The position numbers were made by a program, and so were the translations under genes. A DNA stretch of 57,527 bases, the filler included, from Streblomastix strix (taxonomy: Eukaryota), in assembly GCA_008636045.1 (NCBI GenBank). It is 3 parts of 3 records of this genome, joined end to end, with 100 filler letters (N's around TTAATTAATTAA, not from the genome) between each part and the next. Parts side by side here need not be neighbours in the genome. Positions count along the whole stretch, not along the records: positions 1 to 19,115 come from SNRW01000544.1; 2 more parts are not named here. One strand, 5' to 3'. Each line of letters opens with the position of its first letter. Position 1 is the stretch's first letter. The notes beneath the pieces were generated by a model. That model saw only the letters and a program-made list of their open reading frames with translations. It was not told the DNA's origin and made no database searches. Shown here in pieces: positions 1 through 12,831 of this stretch.

Positions 1-244
1 CCTATTTCTGATGACTCTCTACATAAACTTCATATATTTTAACTCCAATTATTATAAACTATTTGAAACCCGATTTATATTCACACAAAACCATCAAATC
101 TATTTTAGTCTCTGCTTATTTTATTTTTTTTATTTTTTTTTAACGATTTTCTTTGCTCTTTTCCATAAATATCATATTTTTTTTAATCAAATCGATTATT
201 TAAAACTGATTTTTCATTATTAATATAATTTTTTTTAGTTCTTC

Positions 245-3200
245 ATGTCTGGAACTCTAAATTTATTTTCACCATCAAACGCTTAAAATACATTTACTAA
301 AGATAGCATTATTCTGGTACCTGTTGTTGCAAGTGAGACATTTTTTATTCGTAGTATGGGCTTAACTTCAATGAATGTAATTCCTGGATTAGAATGCAAT
401 GAAATTGAGGTATTGATTTTTAAATTGTTGCAATTTTATAAAAATTGAAAAAAATTTTGAGTAGGGTTCCTTATAAACAACACAATCTACTCATGCAAGC
501 AAAACTTTCACAAAAAAGATTGTAGGGTTTAAAAAAGGAATGGAGCCAAAGATTATATTTGCATAGTAGAACAAATTTACTTCTTTTGAAGGAATGCCTT
601 AACTTGTAAACTTAGAACAGATATTTCTTGATAATAATTAGATAATAAATTTTGTTGGAATTCCATATTTAAAGAATCTTCATATTCTAACACTTGAGAA
701 TAATAATATCACTTCATTCTGTGGTGCTGAATTATTGCCAAATTTAGAACAACTTAATTTAAAGGGAAATCCAATTACTGAATATATCCCTGAAGATGCG
801 CATGAATAATCAGATAAAGCTTATAGGGTAATGGCATTTATTGCATTTGGATCAAATAAACTAAAAAGAATTGACAATGAAATATTATCATTGTGTGAAA
901 GAGATGATGGAGAAAGAATAATGCAATATGTCTAAGATAATATTCGTTAAGGATATTTATTACGTCATATATATAATGAACCACTTAACTCACTTGAAAG
1001 AGCTAAAGGGTAATATATTGCATATGAAGAAGATCTTTAAAAAGAATAAGAATTATAAGAAGATTAAAATGATAATTTAATTTAAGTTTCCCACACTCCT
1101 CCTTCATGGGAATAGAACAATTAATTTAGTAAAATTCCTTCTGATGATGTTAGACTCTCAGATGAATAAACAGAATAAGAGAATAAATAATACAATTAAA
1201 CATAAAACTAATAATTAACTCCTAAACATTAAAGTCCAATTCATCAATCTAAATAATTGGATAAGAAATAAAAGTTATTCTCCACTCCAAACACTCAATA
1301 AACATCTCGAAGTGGTAATAATTAAATTAATAATTCTAATAAATCTTAAAGTAGAAATAAAATTGATCCTTAATTTGGTATTATTTTATTATTATTATTA
1401 TTTTTTTATTGAAATACTATTTAATTTTTACTGTATTATATTATTACAGAAGTGTCTGGATATGTAGATTTATTATGGAAGAAAGATTCAATTAAAGAAT
1501 TGAAAGTAATGAAGGTAATTAAATTAATATTTTTATTAATATTTACTTAATTTTGATTTATCTTTCTTTTAATGATTTTATTCATTTTTAATTTTATGCT
1601 TTATTTAATAATATTTAATCTTAATTTTAAATTACTTTAATGTATTTAAATCAAATATACTTAAATAGAAACATCCATATCACATCAGAGGGAAGATGGA
1701 TCGCATTTCTCCATTTGTTGTTCCAGGTAAATGGACTGAATAATCTCTATTAAAAGAATAGAAAGAGAGATAAATTAAATAGAAGTGTAAATAATAGAAA
1801 GAAAGATTGAGTGGATGGGAAGGTAATGAAGAAATAATATAAGATGAAAATATAACAAAGTAAGATGATCCCAATAATACAATAGTATAAATTAAGGATG
1901 ATGATTAATTGGAGAATGAAGAAATATAAAGAAATAAAGAAAGAAATGAATTTAATGATGATTATGAATAAACTTAACATATTTATGTTGCTGAAGAAGA
2001 TTTACATGACACAGATATATTATTCCTTAAGAAGATGAGAGATGTTATGGATGGTATTATTTTATAATATATAAAGTTTATATTTATATTCATATTTCCT
2101 TCTTTATTATATATATATATATTTATATTTATACTTCAGCTACAAAATAATTATTAACGATTGAAGATGATATTTTTAAATAGGAGTAAGATAATGAATA
2201 GAATAAGAGTACAGAAATAAAAGAAATTAAACATCTTCGTGGACTTTAAGGGAAGCTTTGTGCTCATCCAGCTGTATTTGATGCACTTGGAATTAATTTA
2301 ATTCGTCTTACTGATGAAAGTTCAAACATTTACAGTAGTATAAAAAAAGCATCAAAACACGGAATTAACTAAAATATGAATTTTATTGTTTCAATGAAGA
2401 GTATAATAGAATATTTATCAACATCATAAATAGATTGGGCTTTGAATATTGCTGATTATGAAGATAAAGGAGATGAAGATTTGAGGCAACGAGCATAATT
2501 TCTCTCTTCAATTGACCGCAGAGGAGTATTTCCAAAGAAAATTAATTGTCTCTTTCTTGAAGAATATATTGGTTAAATTCCTGAAGAAGAAGAATAATAA
2601 TAAGAAGAATAAATACAAAAAGAAGAATAAGAACATGAATCAGAATAAGATAATTAAGAGCATGAATAGATATAAGATAATTAAGAGCACGAATAAGAGT
2701 AAGATAATTAAGAGCATGAATAGATATAAGATAATTAAGAGCACGAATAAGAGTAAGATAATTAAGAGAATGAATAGATATAAGATAATTAAGAGCACGA
2801 ATAAGAATAAGAGAATGAATCAATCAATGAATAATAATTAAATTAAGAAGATTAAATAATATAAGAGAATGACAATTAAAAAGTACAATAAGAATAGTAA
2901 TAAGAACATGAATAAGAAGATTAATAATAAACAGAACAAAATGATGAATCAATTAGTGAATAAGATTAAATTCAGATAAAAGATAGAAAAGAAGACACAA
3001 ATGAGAAAGATGATGACAAAGATGAAGAAAAACATAAGAATATTAATTAAGAAGAAAGATTAAATGATCAATTGGATAAAATAGAAGACAATTAAGAAAT
3101 AAAATATTAAAAGGTTTTAAAATAAGATAATGTACTTGAAGATGGAAATGAAGTAATAATATAAGAAGATATATTGAAGTAAGAAGAAGAAGGGATAAAT

Positions 3201-4757
3201 GAAATACCAATTCTATGCACTGGGATGCAATCATAAAGATTCAGAAAAGGTAAAATAGAAGTTAATCACCGTGGAATATTCTTCTCAGCTGAAGTTAATA
3301 CATATTAATAAAATGAAAATGACGAAGTTGAAGATTAAGACAATTATTTATAAAATGATTCAAAATCTGAAATAATATTTTAAAGTTCATTTTTGCTTTT
3401 GAGTGGAATAGAACTGTTGAATGATGGAGAACTATTTGATGGATAAGATTTTGTTATATCTAATTAATAGAATGGAGAATTAAATGATAATGGTGAAGAA
3501 TAAAATACTTAAGAAGGAAGTATTCATATTTCATTAGATTTAATATTTGAAGACGAAGAGAGAATAGAAAAAGAAATAATTGCAATTGAAACAAAAAAGA
3601 CTTTGTATAAATATAGAAAGAAGAGAAAAGAATAAGTTTCTGATTAAGAAATTGAGCTAAAAGGAAGTCCAAACATCACTTAGAAACATTCAAGAAGTAA
3701 GAAATATAATAAAATAAAGAAAAGAAGAAAGAAATCTTAATCATAATCAAGAGATCATTAATTAGATGTCAATAAAAGATCCAATTCACAACCAAATTCA
3801 CCTCCTCAGAAGACATTGAAATAATCTAAGAATTCATCTGCCAAATTAAAGACTGACTAATTCTCAAAATCTGAAATAAAACATAAATCTTCCCAATAAA
3901 AGAATAAATCAACATCAATTTCTCCTTCAAAGCTAAAAATTAATAAATAAAAAACATTACCATCAAAAGATGAATTAATTTAAAATGAAAAAGAGATTGG
4001 TAAATAGATAAATTCATAGAAAATTGACATAATTAATAAACATAAATCATAATAACACAAAACTAAACAATTTTCCACAAATAAAGAAAAATTTATTTCA
4101 GATATTAAAACTAAATAAGAAAAAGGAATTTAAGAATATATACCTAATAGTAAGAACAATATTGTTGCATTAAACTCATAGCAAACTAATAAACTCAATA
4201 ATTCAATAGATAATTAACAATAAAATGATATTATTGCAGATAAACATGAAATTGAACACGATCTTGAATCAAAATAAAGCCGTCATACAATGAATACAAC
4301 TACTTCATCAATATTTACTTCAGAAAGTTCATCTCATAAATCTCATAAATAGGCAATATTTGATTAAATGTTTATTTCACCAGTATAAGAAAAAGATATA
4401 TAATAGGAATTAAGTGATTAAAATGATAAAGGTAAATAAGTTAATTTTGATTAATAAGAGAAAAGAAATGAAAATAATAGTTAAAATTCAGATTAATAAG
4501 ACAGTAGTGATAATATTGAAGATCTTGTAGGAACACTGCGCTTAGAATTTCTTACAGGTATAATTATTCGCTTCCGGTGCATATAACCCCTGCACGTTTA
4601 TGGGATCATTAAGCTATGGTTTGAGAGAACTCAAAGTAAAAGAATGGCATTTCTTGAACATGTACAGAAGTTCTTCACAGAATAAGTGAATAATAAAGCT
4701 CAATAACATGGCCATGTTCTCCTGTTTCATGATTTACGATAGAAAAACTCACTTTGA
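245..4757 (+). CDS. Leucine-rich-repeat protein (N-terminal SDS22/AIR9-like LRRs, long Q/E/N-rich tail); multi-exon
   Basis: With TAR=Gln: ATG 245, GT-AG intron 410-464, LRR units NLEQIFLDNNQI / NLHILTLENNNI / NLEQLNLKGNPI and LRR-cap YRVMALIAFG..LKRIDN; more AT-rich introns near 1.38-1.45, 1.51-1.67 and 2.05-2.14 kb; ends ...QKNSL-TGA 4755-4757. Confidence 0.75.
2631..2819 (+). repeat. Coding tandem repeat, 7 x 27 bp (EHEQIQDNQ / EHEQEQDNQ alternating)
   Basis: Alternating units GAGCATGAATAGATATAAGATAATTAA and GAGCACGAATAAGAGTAAGATAATTAA, a 54-bp higher-order period. Confidence 0.9.
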
Positions 4758-4958
4758 TTTTTATATTTCTTTTTAAAAAATAGTCTTTTATAATATCACA
4801 TATTTAATTTATTGTTATAATAAAAATGGAAAAACATAAACAAATAATGGATCTAAATTAGTTTTATTATCATTAGTGCTATATATGAATAGAAATTAAT
4901 AATTAATACAATTTTATTAAATAATAAATAATTCATATCATGAAATTTAGTTGGCGAC

Positions 4959-7900
4959 TCATTCTTTATTTTCTTATTCATTCTCATTTCTGTGTTTATC
5001 CATCAACCTATATGGATTGATTGAGTTTGAAGGTTGGGGTTTCTATGAATTAATTGTGTAGTTGACATTTTCTGTGTGAAATGATTATCCAGTGGAGTGT
5101 TGTTAATCATAGATATTGTTATTTTTGACAATATTTTTCGGATTTTCTTTGTTATCATAGATATTGGATTATTTGGAGCGTCTAGAAACTTATAAGACTT
5201 TTTCTTGTGGCATTGGTGATGCTAGTCGAGGACCAATTTACAACTAAAGAAGTTGATTATATAAATTTTATTCTTTCATATCTTTTACTCCAATATCAAT
5301 GTTTCTTCCTTAATTTTCAGTTATTTAAGGTAATTAAATGTTTTATATTTATTTAATACCTGAATGATTGGAATTATTTTGATTCTCCTATTATGAAATT
5401 GCTTATTAATTATTATTAATATTTGAATTAATATATATTCTTCTAGGAGGAGAAGAACGAGGAGGTGATTTAGGTAGAATATATTATTCATTTATATTAT
5501 TATTATTATTGTTGTTGTTGTTATTATTATCATTATTATAATTATTATTTTATTATTATATAGATAAAGATTAAGGACTATAATGATGCATTTCTTTATG
5601 AATATGCCTTTTATAATGTCTATTTGGTGATTGACTTAATTCTAATGATGATTAATCAGGAGGAGATGAAGAATAATTACTTATTGGTTGTTATATAATC
5701 TTTTCATCCATCTGATATAAATTCGGATATATATCTATTTGATTATTATTCTATTTTAATGTAGGATATTGTTTAAATTTATCAAGCTAATCTTTGTTTT
5801 TATTTTAAATGAATTAAATATTATAATCTCTTTAATCTTTATTTTATTATTATATATTTTTATTATTCTTAATTTCATTTTGTTTATCAAACCATTCATG
5901 ATCATCAATAAATTCATTGTTATTATTATGATTAATATTATGATTTGTAGACTCATTATTTCTTTCTGATTTGTATCTCTATCTAAAATCTATATTATAA
6001 TCCCTATCTTTATCCTTATTAATAATATGATCTGTTTTATATTATTCTCTTTATTTGGTAACTAACCTTTATTATTTATAATCTTATAATTTTTATAAGT
6101 AATCATCATCAATATTTTCAAATTCTTGAGAAGGAATTTATTAAAAGTTATGAGAATAAAAGAGTTAATCATTATTATGATGATGATGGGTTCTTATCAA
6201 TCTTTTATCTTTATCATTAATATATTCTTATATTGTAGGAGATATAGGATATTAATGATTATTATTGTTGATATATTGATAATTAGATTTCATTGGATGT
6301 GAAGATTGCTATTAATTAATTAAAGGAGTATGAAGTTATGAATGAGAAAGACAATTTGAAGTTTAATCTAACATTTCTGGAGAATGGACAGATTATTATT
6401 AAGTTATAATTGCTTATTTATAATCTGAATTCTAATCTCTCTAAAGAATTGTAGGAGATTATACTAATGAAGATTTAATCTTCTAATATTTTTCATAATC
6501 AAGAGAGTTTCTTCCAAATAATTATGATCTATAGTTATATTTATTATTATTGATACTGCTACTTATACGATGATTATTATAAGGTTAACTATTATATTTT
6601 AGTGAGTAAATATGTGAAGATGATTTTGGATTATTGAGTAGTAAATTTCTTCTATATTCTCTAAAATCATCTTCTTCTTTAAATTAATGTTAGTTATTCT
6701 ATTAAAATTTTTATTAGAATTATAAATCATTGACTTATTTGGATTTAAATTGAAATTGTTCAAATTCAGGAATAGAATTTTTATCATCAATTTAATAATT
6801 AGATTGTTATGAACTTTAAATATGATTATCATCAACATGATTATTAGATGGAGATATATTGCGAGGATATTTTCTTTATTATATTTCTTCTATAATATAT
6901 TTTTATTCTCGAGAATTATTTGGTTCAGAATGAAATAACTAACTTGTTTGTGGATATTTGATTCGATTTTATTAATAATTATCATATATATATCTTCTTT
7001 CTTTAATATCATTTAATTTATCTTCATTTTCGTTGTAACAATCATATTACTAATCTGCTTAATTTGGTGGAGATATTAAATTATGCAGTTAATGATTATA
7101 TTGATGTTAATTTGAATGAGACTATGAAGGAGAAATACTTCTATAATGATGATGATTATAACCTAAATTTAAATCTTTTCTTTATTAAAATATATCTTAA
7201 GGAGATGCTTCTTAGTATCTATTCTATACTAGTCTATTTTGAATATCTGGAGATGAACTATGATGACGTGATAATCTTAATTTATAATCATTTTCATTTG
7301 TATTTGATATATTATTATATTAAGGATTAAACATCTTTATATCACTCTAATCTGAATTGAAATTTGTATCAATTGGAGATTGAAGAGGATAATAATGAAT
7401 TGTTTTTCTTCTCTTATCATCGCTGTTTCTTTATTAAATTAATTCTTTATTTTTTTAATCTACTGGAGTCATTAATTCAATAATTTCTTAGTCAATCTAA
7501 AAGAATTTCATTTTTAACAATTATTCTGAAGTTGCACGATTCTATGGATTATAAACAATAATAGATCTTAGAACTTCACTAAATGAATCCCATATTTATT
7601 CTGGTAGTGGAGATAGAGTTTCATATAACCTTGAATATCCTTCAACATCATCACTATTCAATTATGCTTTTCCAATAATAATCCAAGAAGTAGGAATAAC
7701 ATCTGGTCTACTTAATTTCAAGCAATTAAATCTGGTGTCTTATAAGTATCTCATGTCCTTTCTTTATGGATTACCAAATCTTGTGAATATTGCAGAAAGA
7801 AGTTCATCATAACTTCCTCCAGTTAGAGGAGGATATCCAAGAATAGATTCAAAAAGAATATTCCCTATAGCCCATATATCATTTTCTTCAGTAAATACAT

Positions 7901-8203
7901 CGTCCATCTTTGCCTCAAGCCTCAACAGAACTTCGGGTGCATAATATGAGCTTCTATTGCAATCTCGAAGTGCCAATTCTACATCTCCATTACAAGAGAG
8001 CACATTTTTGGGGTGAATTGCACTATGCACGAATCCGGAACGGTGTTTTTCTTTAAGTAATTACAATACACTATGAATAACGTGTCTTACAAATATCCAA
8101 TCCAACGTTCCTGCAATATGCATAGAAAAATTGATGAATTTTGTGTAAATTTTTAGAAAAATATACCATTTGAACTCCTAAGAAGACTGAAGAGTGATTT
8201 CAT
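4959..8203 (-). CDS. Degenerate CMGC-like protein kinase (probable pseudokinase) with long Q/S/P-rich C-terminal tail; 5' end uncertain
   Basis: MKSLFSLLRSSN/intron/GTLDWIFVRHVIHSVLQLLKEKHRSGFVHSAIHPKNVL...YYAPEVLL...DIWAIGNILFESILGYPPLTG...YNPQNRATSEQLL; frame ends ...ENEQENKE-TGA at 4959-4961. Confidence 0.7.
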
Positions 8204-9062
8204 ACTAAAAAAGTTACTCTATGAATATTATAAAAAAATATAAATATTCAGATTTCATAAATAAAACTTAAAAAAACAATTTGATAAAATAATAAAAATA
8301 TCCAGATTTCATTGATATAATTTAAAAAATGTTATAATAAGATAGTTTTAAATCAATATTTAGCTATAAAATGATTTAAATATTTGATATTTCAAGAAAA
8401 TTTGGTAAGAATTTCGATAAGTTTTTTTCTTATTCAGTTTGTTTAATATGCAATAGATATGTTGTTTGCATATTCCAAATATATAATATGTATATCTATT
8501 ATAACACTTTTGGCGACAAATAATATCAATTTCCATAAGCTGAATTTAGGGATGGGCAACTAGCGCATAAATTGAGTCATTGGCGCGTTTGGAAAAGTAC
8601 GCGCGATCTTAGATTTATTACAATATTTTGAATAAACCCGCCATTAATAACAATTTTCAACTCAGTACCAAGTGCACCACAGGTGTCCTTGTTGAGATAA
8701 TTTTTTTATTATAAAATGTACGTTTCAAGTCTATAAATCAATATATACTGATTTAGTTTATGTGTTGTACATCATAATTAATTAGAACCATTTCATCTGG
8801 AGTCTGGATGGTTGTTGAGAAACGGTGCCGTGAAGTTTGAAATTTTAGATCATTTTGCCTGTAAATTTTTTTATTTAATTTGCTTTCATTTTATTGATTT
8901 TATGATTTATTGATAGATTATTGCACATTTTTAAAGAATTTAGTAACTCAACTCATCTAATGATCTTTTTGTGCTTCTTTAAAAGTGGGTTAGTGTATTA
9001 AAAATATTGAGCTTTACATGCCTTTTCTTGCATCAGGTTGGAGTTTAAATCTAATGAGCTTA

Positions 9063-9328
9063 GTAGTTATGTGAAAAAGGAGAGTGCGCCACATTGAAAA
9101 ATAAAATAAAATAATGAAAATAAGATAATAATAATAAATAATAACAATAAATAATGTAAAATAAATAATGATAATAAACAATGTAAAAGAAAATAAACAC
9201 TTGGATAGGATTAATGATGTGCATTTATAGTGAAACATGATAGAATGCGGATATTGAAGTAGATTAATGAAGTACGTTATTGAATGATATTCTTGAATGA
9301 ATGGCACTCTCCTTTTTCACATAACTAC
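9063..9328. mobile_element. MITE-like element with perfect 25-bp terminal inverted repeats
   Basis: GTAGTTATGTGAAAAAGGAGAGTGC (9063-9087) is the exact reverse complement of 9304-9328; AT-rich non-coding interior. Confidence 0.7.
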
Positions 9329-9467
9329 ATGCAAAGGTTGATGGAGTTGGCTGATGGATTTCATTGATAGAAACCTAAAATATGTTGATGAAATCGTTAG
9401 TGAAAACATGAATATTTGACTGTTCCGAGTATTCTGAGTGTTCCGAGTAAAATGGGTTCTATGAAAA

Positions 9468-10668
9468 ATGCCAGTCGATCCGCCAAATAGTCGAAATATG
9501 AAAAAAACATTCAATAATGCTTGTAGATTCACAAGTACAATAGATGGAATGTCAACAATTACTGGATCATCATTTGTCAAGTCAGGAGCAGATAATACTG
9601 TAATTTTACTTGGAGCTGGTGGCACTAAACCAATTGCAGAGTTTGGAGGATGCATTGATGATTCGAATTACGTGAAAAAAATAGGCTAATCTCTATAAGT
9701 TATTAGAGGATATATTAGAAAAAGTATGTAAGATGTGGATGATGAATCATCCGAAGAAGATGAAAATTATATAACAAAAGGTGAAGTTGAAACCTAATAT
9801 GTTTCACTAGGTGATAGTTAACAAATCATCGTAATTAAATCATTTTATGATAAAGTTACCGCTAATGGATTCGTTAAAAAAGATGGTACAAATCAACAAG
9901 TATTATTAACGAATGGAACAACGAAACTACTTTCAGAATTTACTGGTATTCCAACTGATTTATCAAATTATTATATTAAAAGTGAAACTTATTCACAAAC
10001 TGAATCAAATAATAAATTTGTAAGATTGGAAGGTTCAATTCAATAAACAATAACAGGAAGATTAAAATATATTAGTCCATTTGGTTAGACATATGATGAG
10101 ACATAAGATCCAGTTGAAAATACATATTTGGCTTAGTCAGAAGTTGATGCAAAACTAACAAGTTATGTTAATACTGTTAATAATTAATCAATAAATGGAA
10201 CTAAGACATTCAATGCAAATGTTAATGCTACTTGATTTGAGAAAACAGGTAAAGATGATACATTAGTCTTATTGGCTGGAGGAGGAGATATGTTATTATC
10301 AGCATTTGGAGGATTAGAATTAGTAAATTTTAATTATACGAGTAATGTAGTTAGTCCAACTTCAATAATGTCACTAAAATATTATAGATGTGGATCACTA
10401 ATCAACTTTTACGGTTATATATATGGGTAATGGAGCAGGAGCATCTGATGCATCAGTTGCTGTTTGCACACTTGAAAGTGCTGGATTTCCAAAGTATTTA
10501 TTTTATGCATATGATATAGTTTTTGCTGGCTCTGCACCACATGTCGCAAATTTCAGATTTGGAACTGATGGAAAGGTTACGAAAACTATTAAAGCACTAA
10601 GTGAAACAGCAGGTTTGGCTGGTGACGCATCAGCATACATCAATGTTACATATCCTGCAGCAAATTGA
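9468..10668 (+). pseudogene. Viral fibre/tail-fibre-like repeat protein (in-frame TGA and frameshift; probably 5'-truncated)
   Basis: Three repeats: TITGSSFVKSGADNTVILLGAGG, KVTANGFVKKDGTNQQVLLTNG, NVNAT*FEKTGKDDTLVLLAGGG; TGA at 10233-10235; frameshift in the TA run at ~10416-10423 before the beta-rich head (...YINVTYPAAN*). Confidence 0.7.
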
Positions 10669-10741
10669 AAACAATAATGGAGCTATTGATATTAGCATTA
10701 CCTATCAAACTAGTCTATTACTATTATTTTTGAAGTATGAA

Positions 10742-12361
10742 ATGAGTTCAGTATACTTAGATGAAGCATTATTAGACGCAGCAGGATTATCAGATTTTCC
10801 AGAATTATACGCATACATTCGTGAGAGATATTAAGATCCAATACCACCAGCATAACGAATACTAATCGGAGAGTAAACTTTATAAAAATAAGTGAAAGAT
10901 AATGATGATATTCTATTTAATACAAACGAAGAGTTCGTACCACCAGTTCCAAACGCTACTTAAATATTAGATTTAAGTTCATAGCAAGAACGATCTAGTT
11001 TCTTATCATCAAGTGGATCAGATCCATAATTAATTGTGTATAATGATCCTGCTACATTAACCGCGTCATATGAAACTACTGGATTATTTCCCAATGGATA
11101 TTTATTCAAAAGTTATCCTGAAAAAGCGAGACCAAAAGCTGGTGATAAAATGATTGGATTAGTTGGAATAGATACAACGAATAAAAATAGTATATTTTGT
11201 TATATCGATTAGAATGGACCATTTATCATCAGTACATCATAGATTCTATCAAATACTGCACTCGTAATAAACGTAACCTATTATAAAATATATGAATATT
11301 CGAAGATAATAAATTATGATGCGAATAATGATGGACGAGTTGATATAATGGATACATAGCATATTAATAGCAAAGGAACATTCGAATCACAATCACATGT
11401 GTATGAAACTGTGAAAAAATAAACTTGTTTGATCGCAACTGGATTGCTTGGTGATGTTAAAGTAAATTATTTGAATAGTGATATAAAATTATAGGATGAA
11501 TTGGCAATCTATAAAGCGGATAGAGCAGCATTCTTCATTAAAGAAGATTCATTTATTACATTTAGTTTTGGGGCAAAATTAGGATAAATAATATAATAAT
11601 AAGCTAATTCAGAAAATCTATAAACAATTCATAGATTATTTTCGACAATAACTTAAAAATTACTTCCTCCAAATACGAAATACATGCCAGTTCGTACTGA
11701 ATAGTAAGAATATACTGCGATGTGTTTGTTCAAAGATATCTATGATAAATCATTAGCGGTAGAAGTAGCTGTAAGTGAAGTATTGAATAAGTATGATTGT
11801 GAATTTAAAGGAAAATATTTACTCGATAACTATAAGAATCCAACATCAAATGAAGAGTCAAATGAAGAACCAAACGTATCTCCATCAGATCCAAAAGAAC
11901 CTGATTCTCATATTGATGAAGTAATAACAAAACGTGATAAATTATTAGCATTATCTTCACAACCAATATATACAATTACTAACGTATTCAATTAAATTTA
12001 ACTTATTGCACCATTTGATCAAGGTGGGCATGCCTATAATACATTCTATATTGTTGATGATGAGACTTGCAAAGTATGTGTATTCAATCTATATTTTGAA
12101 ACAAAAGGATAAGCAATAAGTACATAAGAAATTGGTAGGATTCCAGATTCTATATTACCAGCTGATGGTAAATGTATAGGATTTCCTGCATCTGTATATA
12201 GAAATGCTGGTGGATATATTAATTGGTTGGGTACGAGCTATTTCGGATTCAATTAATAATATAAAATGCTATATTGCTTTTTGCAAAATGTTCAAGAAGT
12301 TATTCCTGAATCATCAACTGATATATATAGGTATTGTGCAAGTGGAATATATTACTTATGA
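10742..12361 (+). CDS. Viral hypothetical protein, 539 aa, beta-rich, with a DxNxDGxVD loop; possible virion/fibre protein
   Basis: Uninterrupted intronless ORF with TAR=Gln, MSSVYLDEALL...YCASGIYYL-TGA (1620 nt). Confidence 0.7.
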
Positions 12362-12448
12362 AGTAACAGGCAATGAAATTGCGTACTATCTATGAGACAT
12401 TGATTCGATAAATTGATGCAAATACGTTTATTTTTGCGTATTAAAATC

Positions 12449-12778
12449 ATGGCACCAGGAATATTCAGCAAGCTTAAAAAATTAGTCTCATTTGTAGGTA
12501 AAGGAGTCAGTTGGATGAATGATAAAGTAGTCAAGCCAATAATGCCCATAACTAACGCACTTCTCTAATCTTTGGAACCAGCAGGAAGCATGGTGGCGAA
12601 AGGGATTAGTGCAGGATCATCTGCAGTTGATGCTTTATTTGGACCGAATAAATAATAATCAAAATAACAATTCAGATAAGAGTTTAAGACATTCCGATAG
12701 GATGATTTCTTAAGGAAAAAGGTTCCGATTGATATAATAAGCAATCGTATAAAGCATCTTGGAGATAAATTGTAGTGA
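12449..12778 (+). CDS. Small viral protein (109 aa) with an N-terminal amphipathic basic helix; putative membrane-active core protein
   Basis: MAPGIFSKLKKLVSFVGKGVSWMNDKVVKPIMP...KHLGDKLQ-TGA; lies directly upstream of the capsid-like gene. Confidence 0.7.
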
Positions 12779-12811
12779 ATCATTAATTGAGTTAATTAAC
12801 ATATAATCAGA

Positions 12812-12820
12812 TTATTTTTG
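12812..12820 (+). promoter_or_regulatory. TTATTTTTG motif before viral start codons (representative copy, upstream of the MCP)
   Basis: Exact copies at 10724, 12428, 12812, 14567 and 16464, each 9-12 nt before an ATG. Confidence 0.5.
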
Positions 12821-12831
12821 CACAATTAAAC

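Noticed and set aside
2512..2841. Standard-code ORFs from the track, including the many Ile/Leu/Phe-rich ones
   Set aside because: Mostly wrong-frame or antisense shadows of genes that use TAR=Gln.
8771..8860. Possible upstream exon of the pseudokinase (minus strand, ...TIQTPDEMVLINYD)
   Set aside because: Splice phase could not be reconciled with the downstream exon without transcript data.
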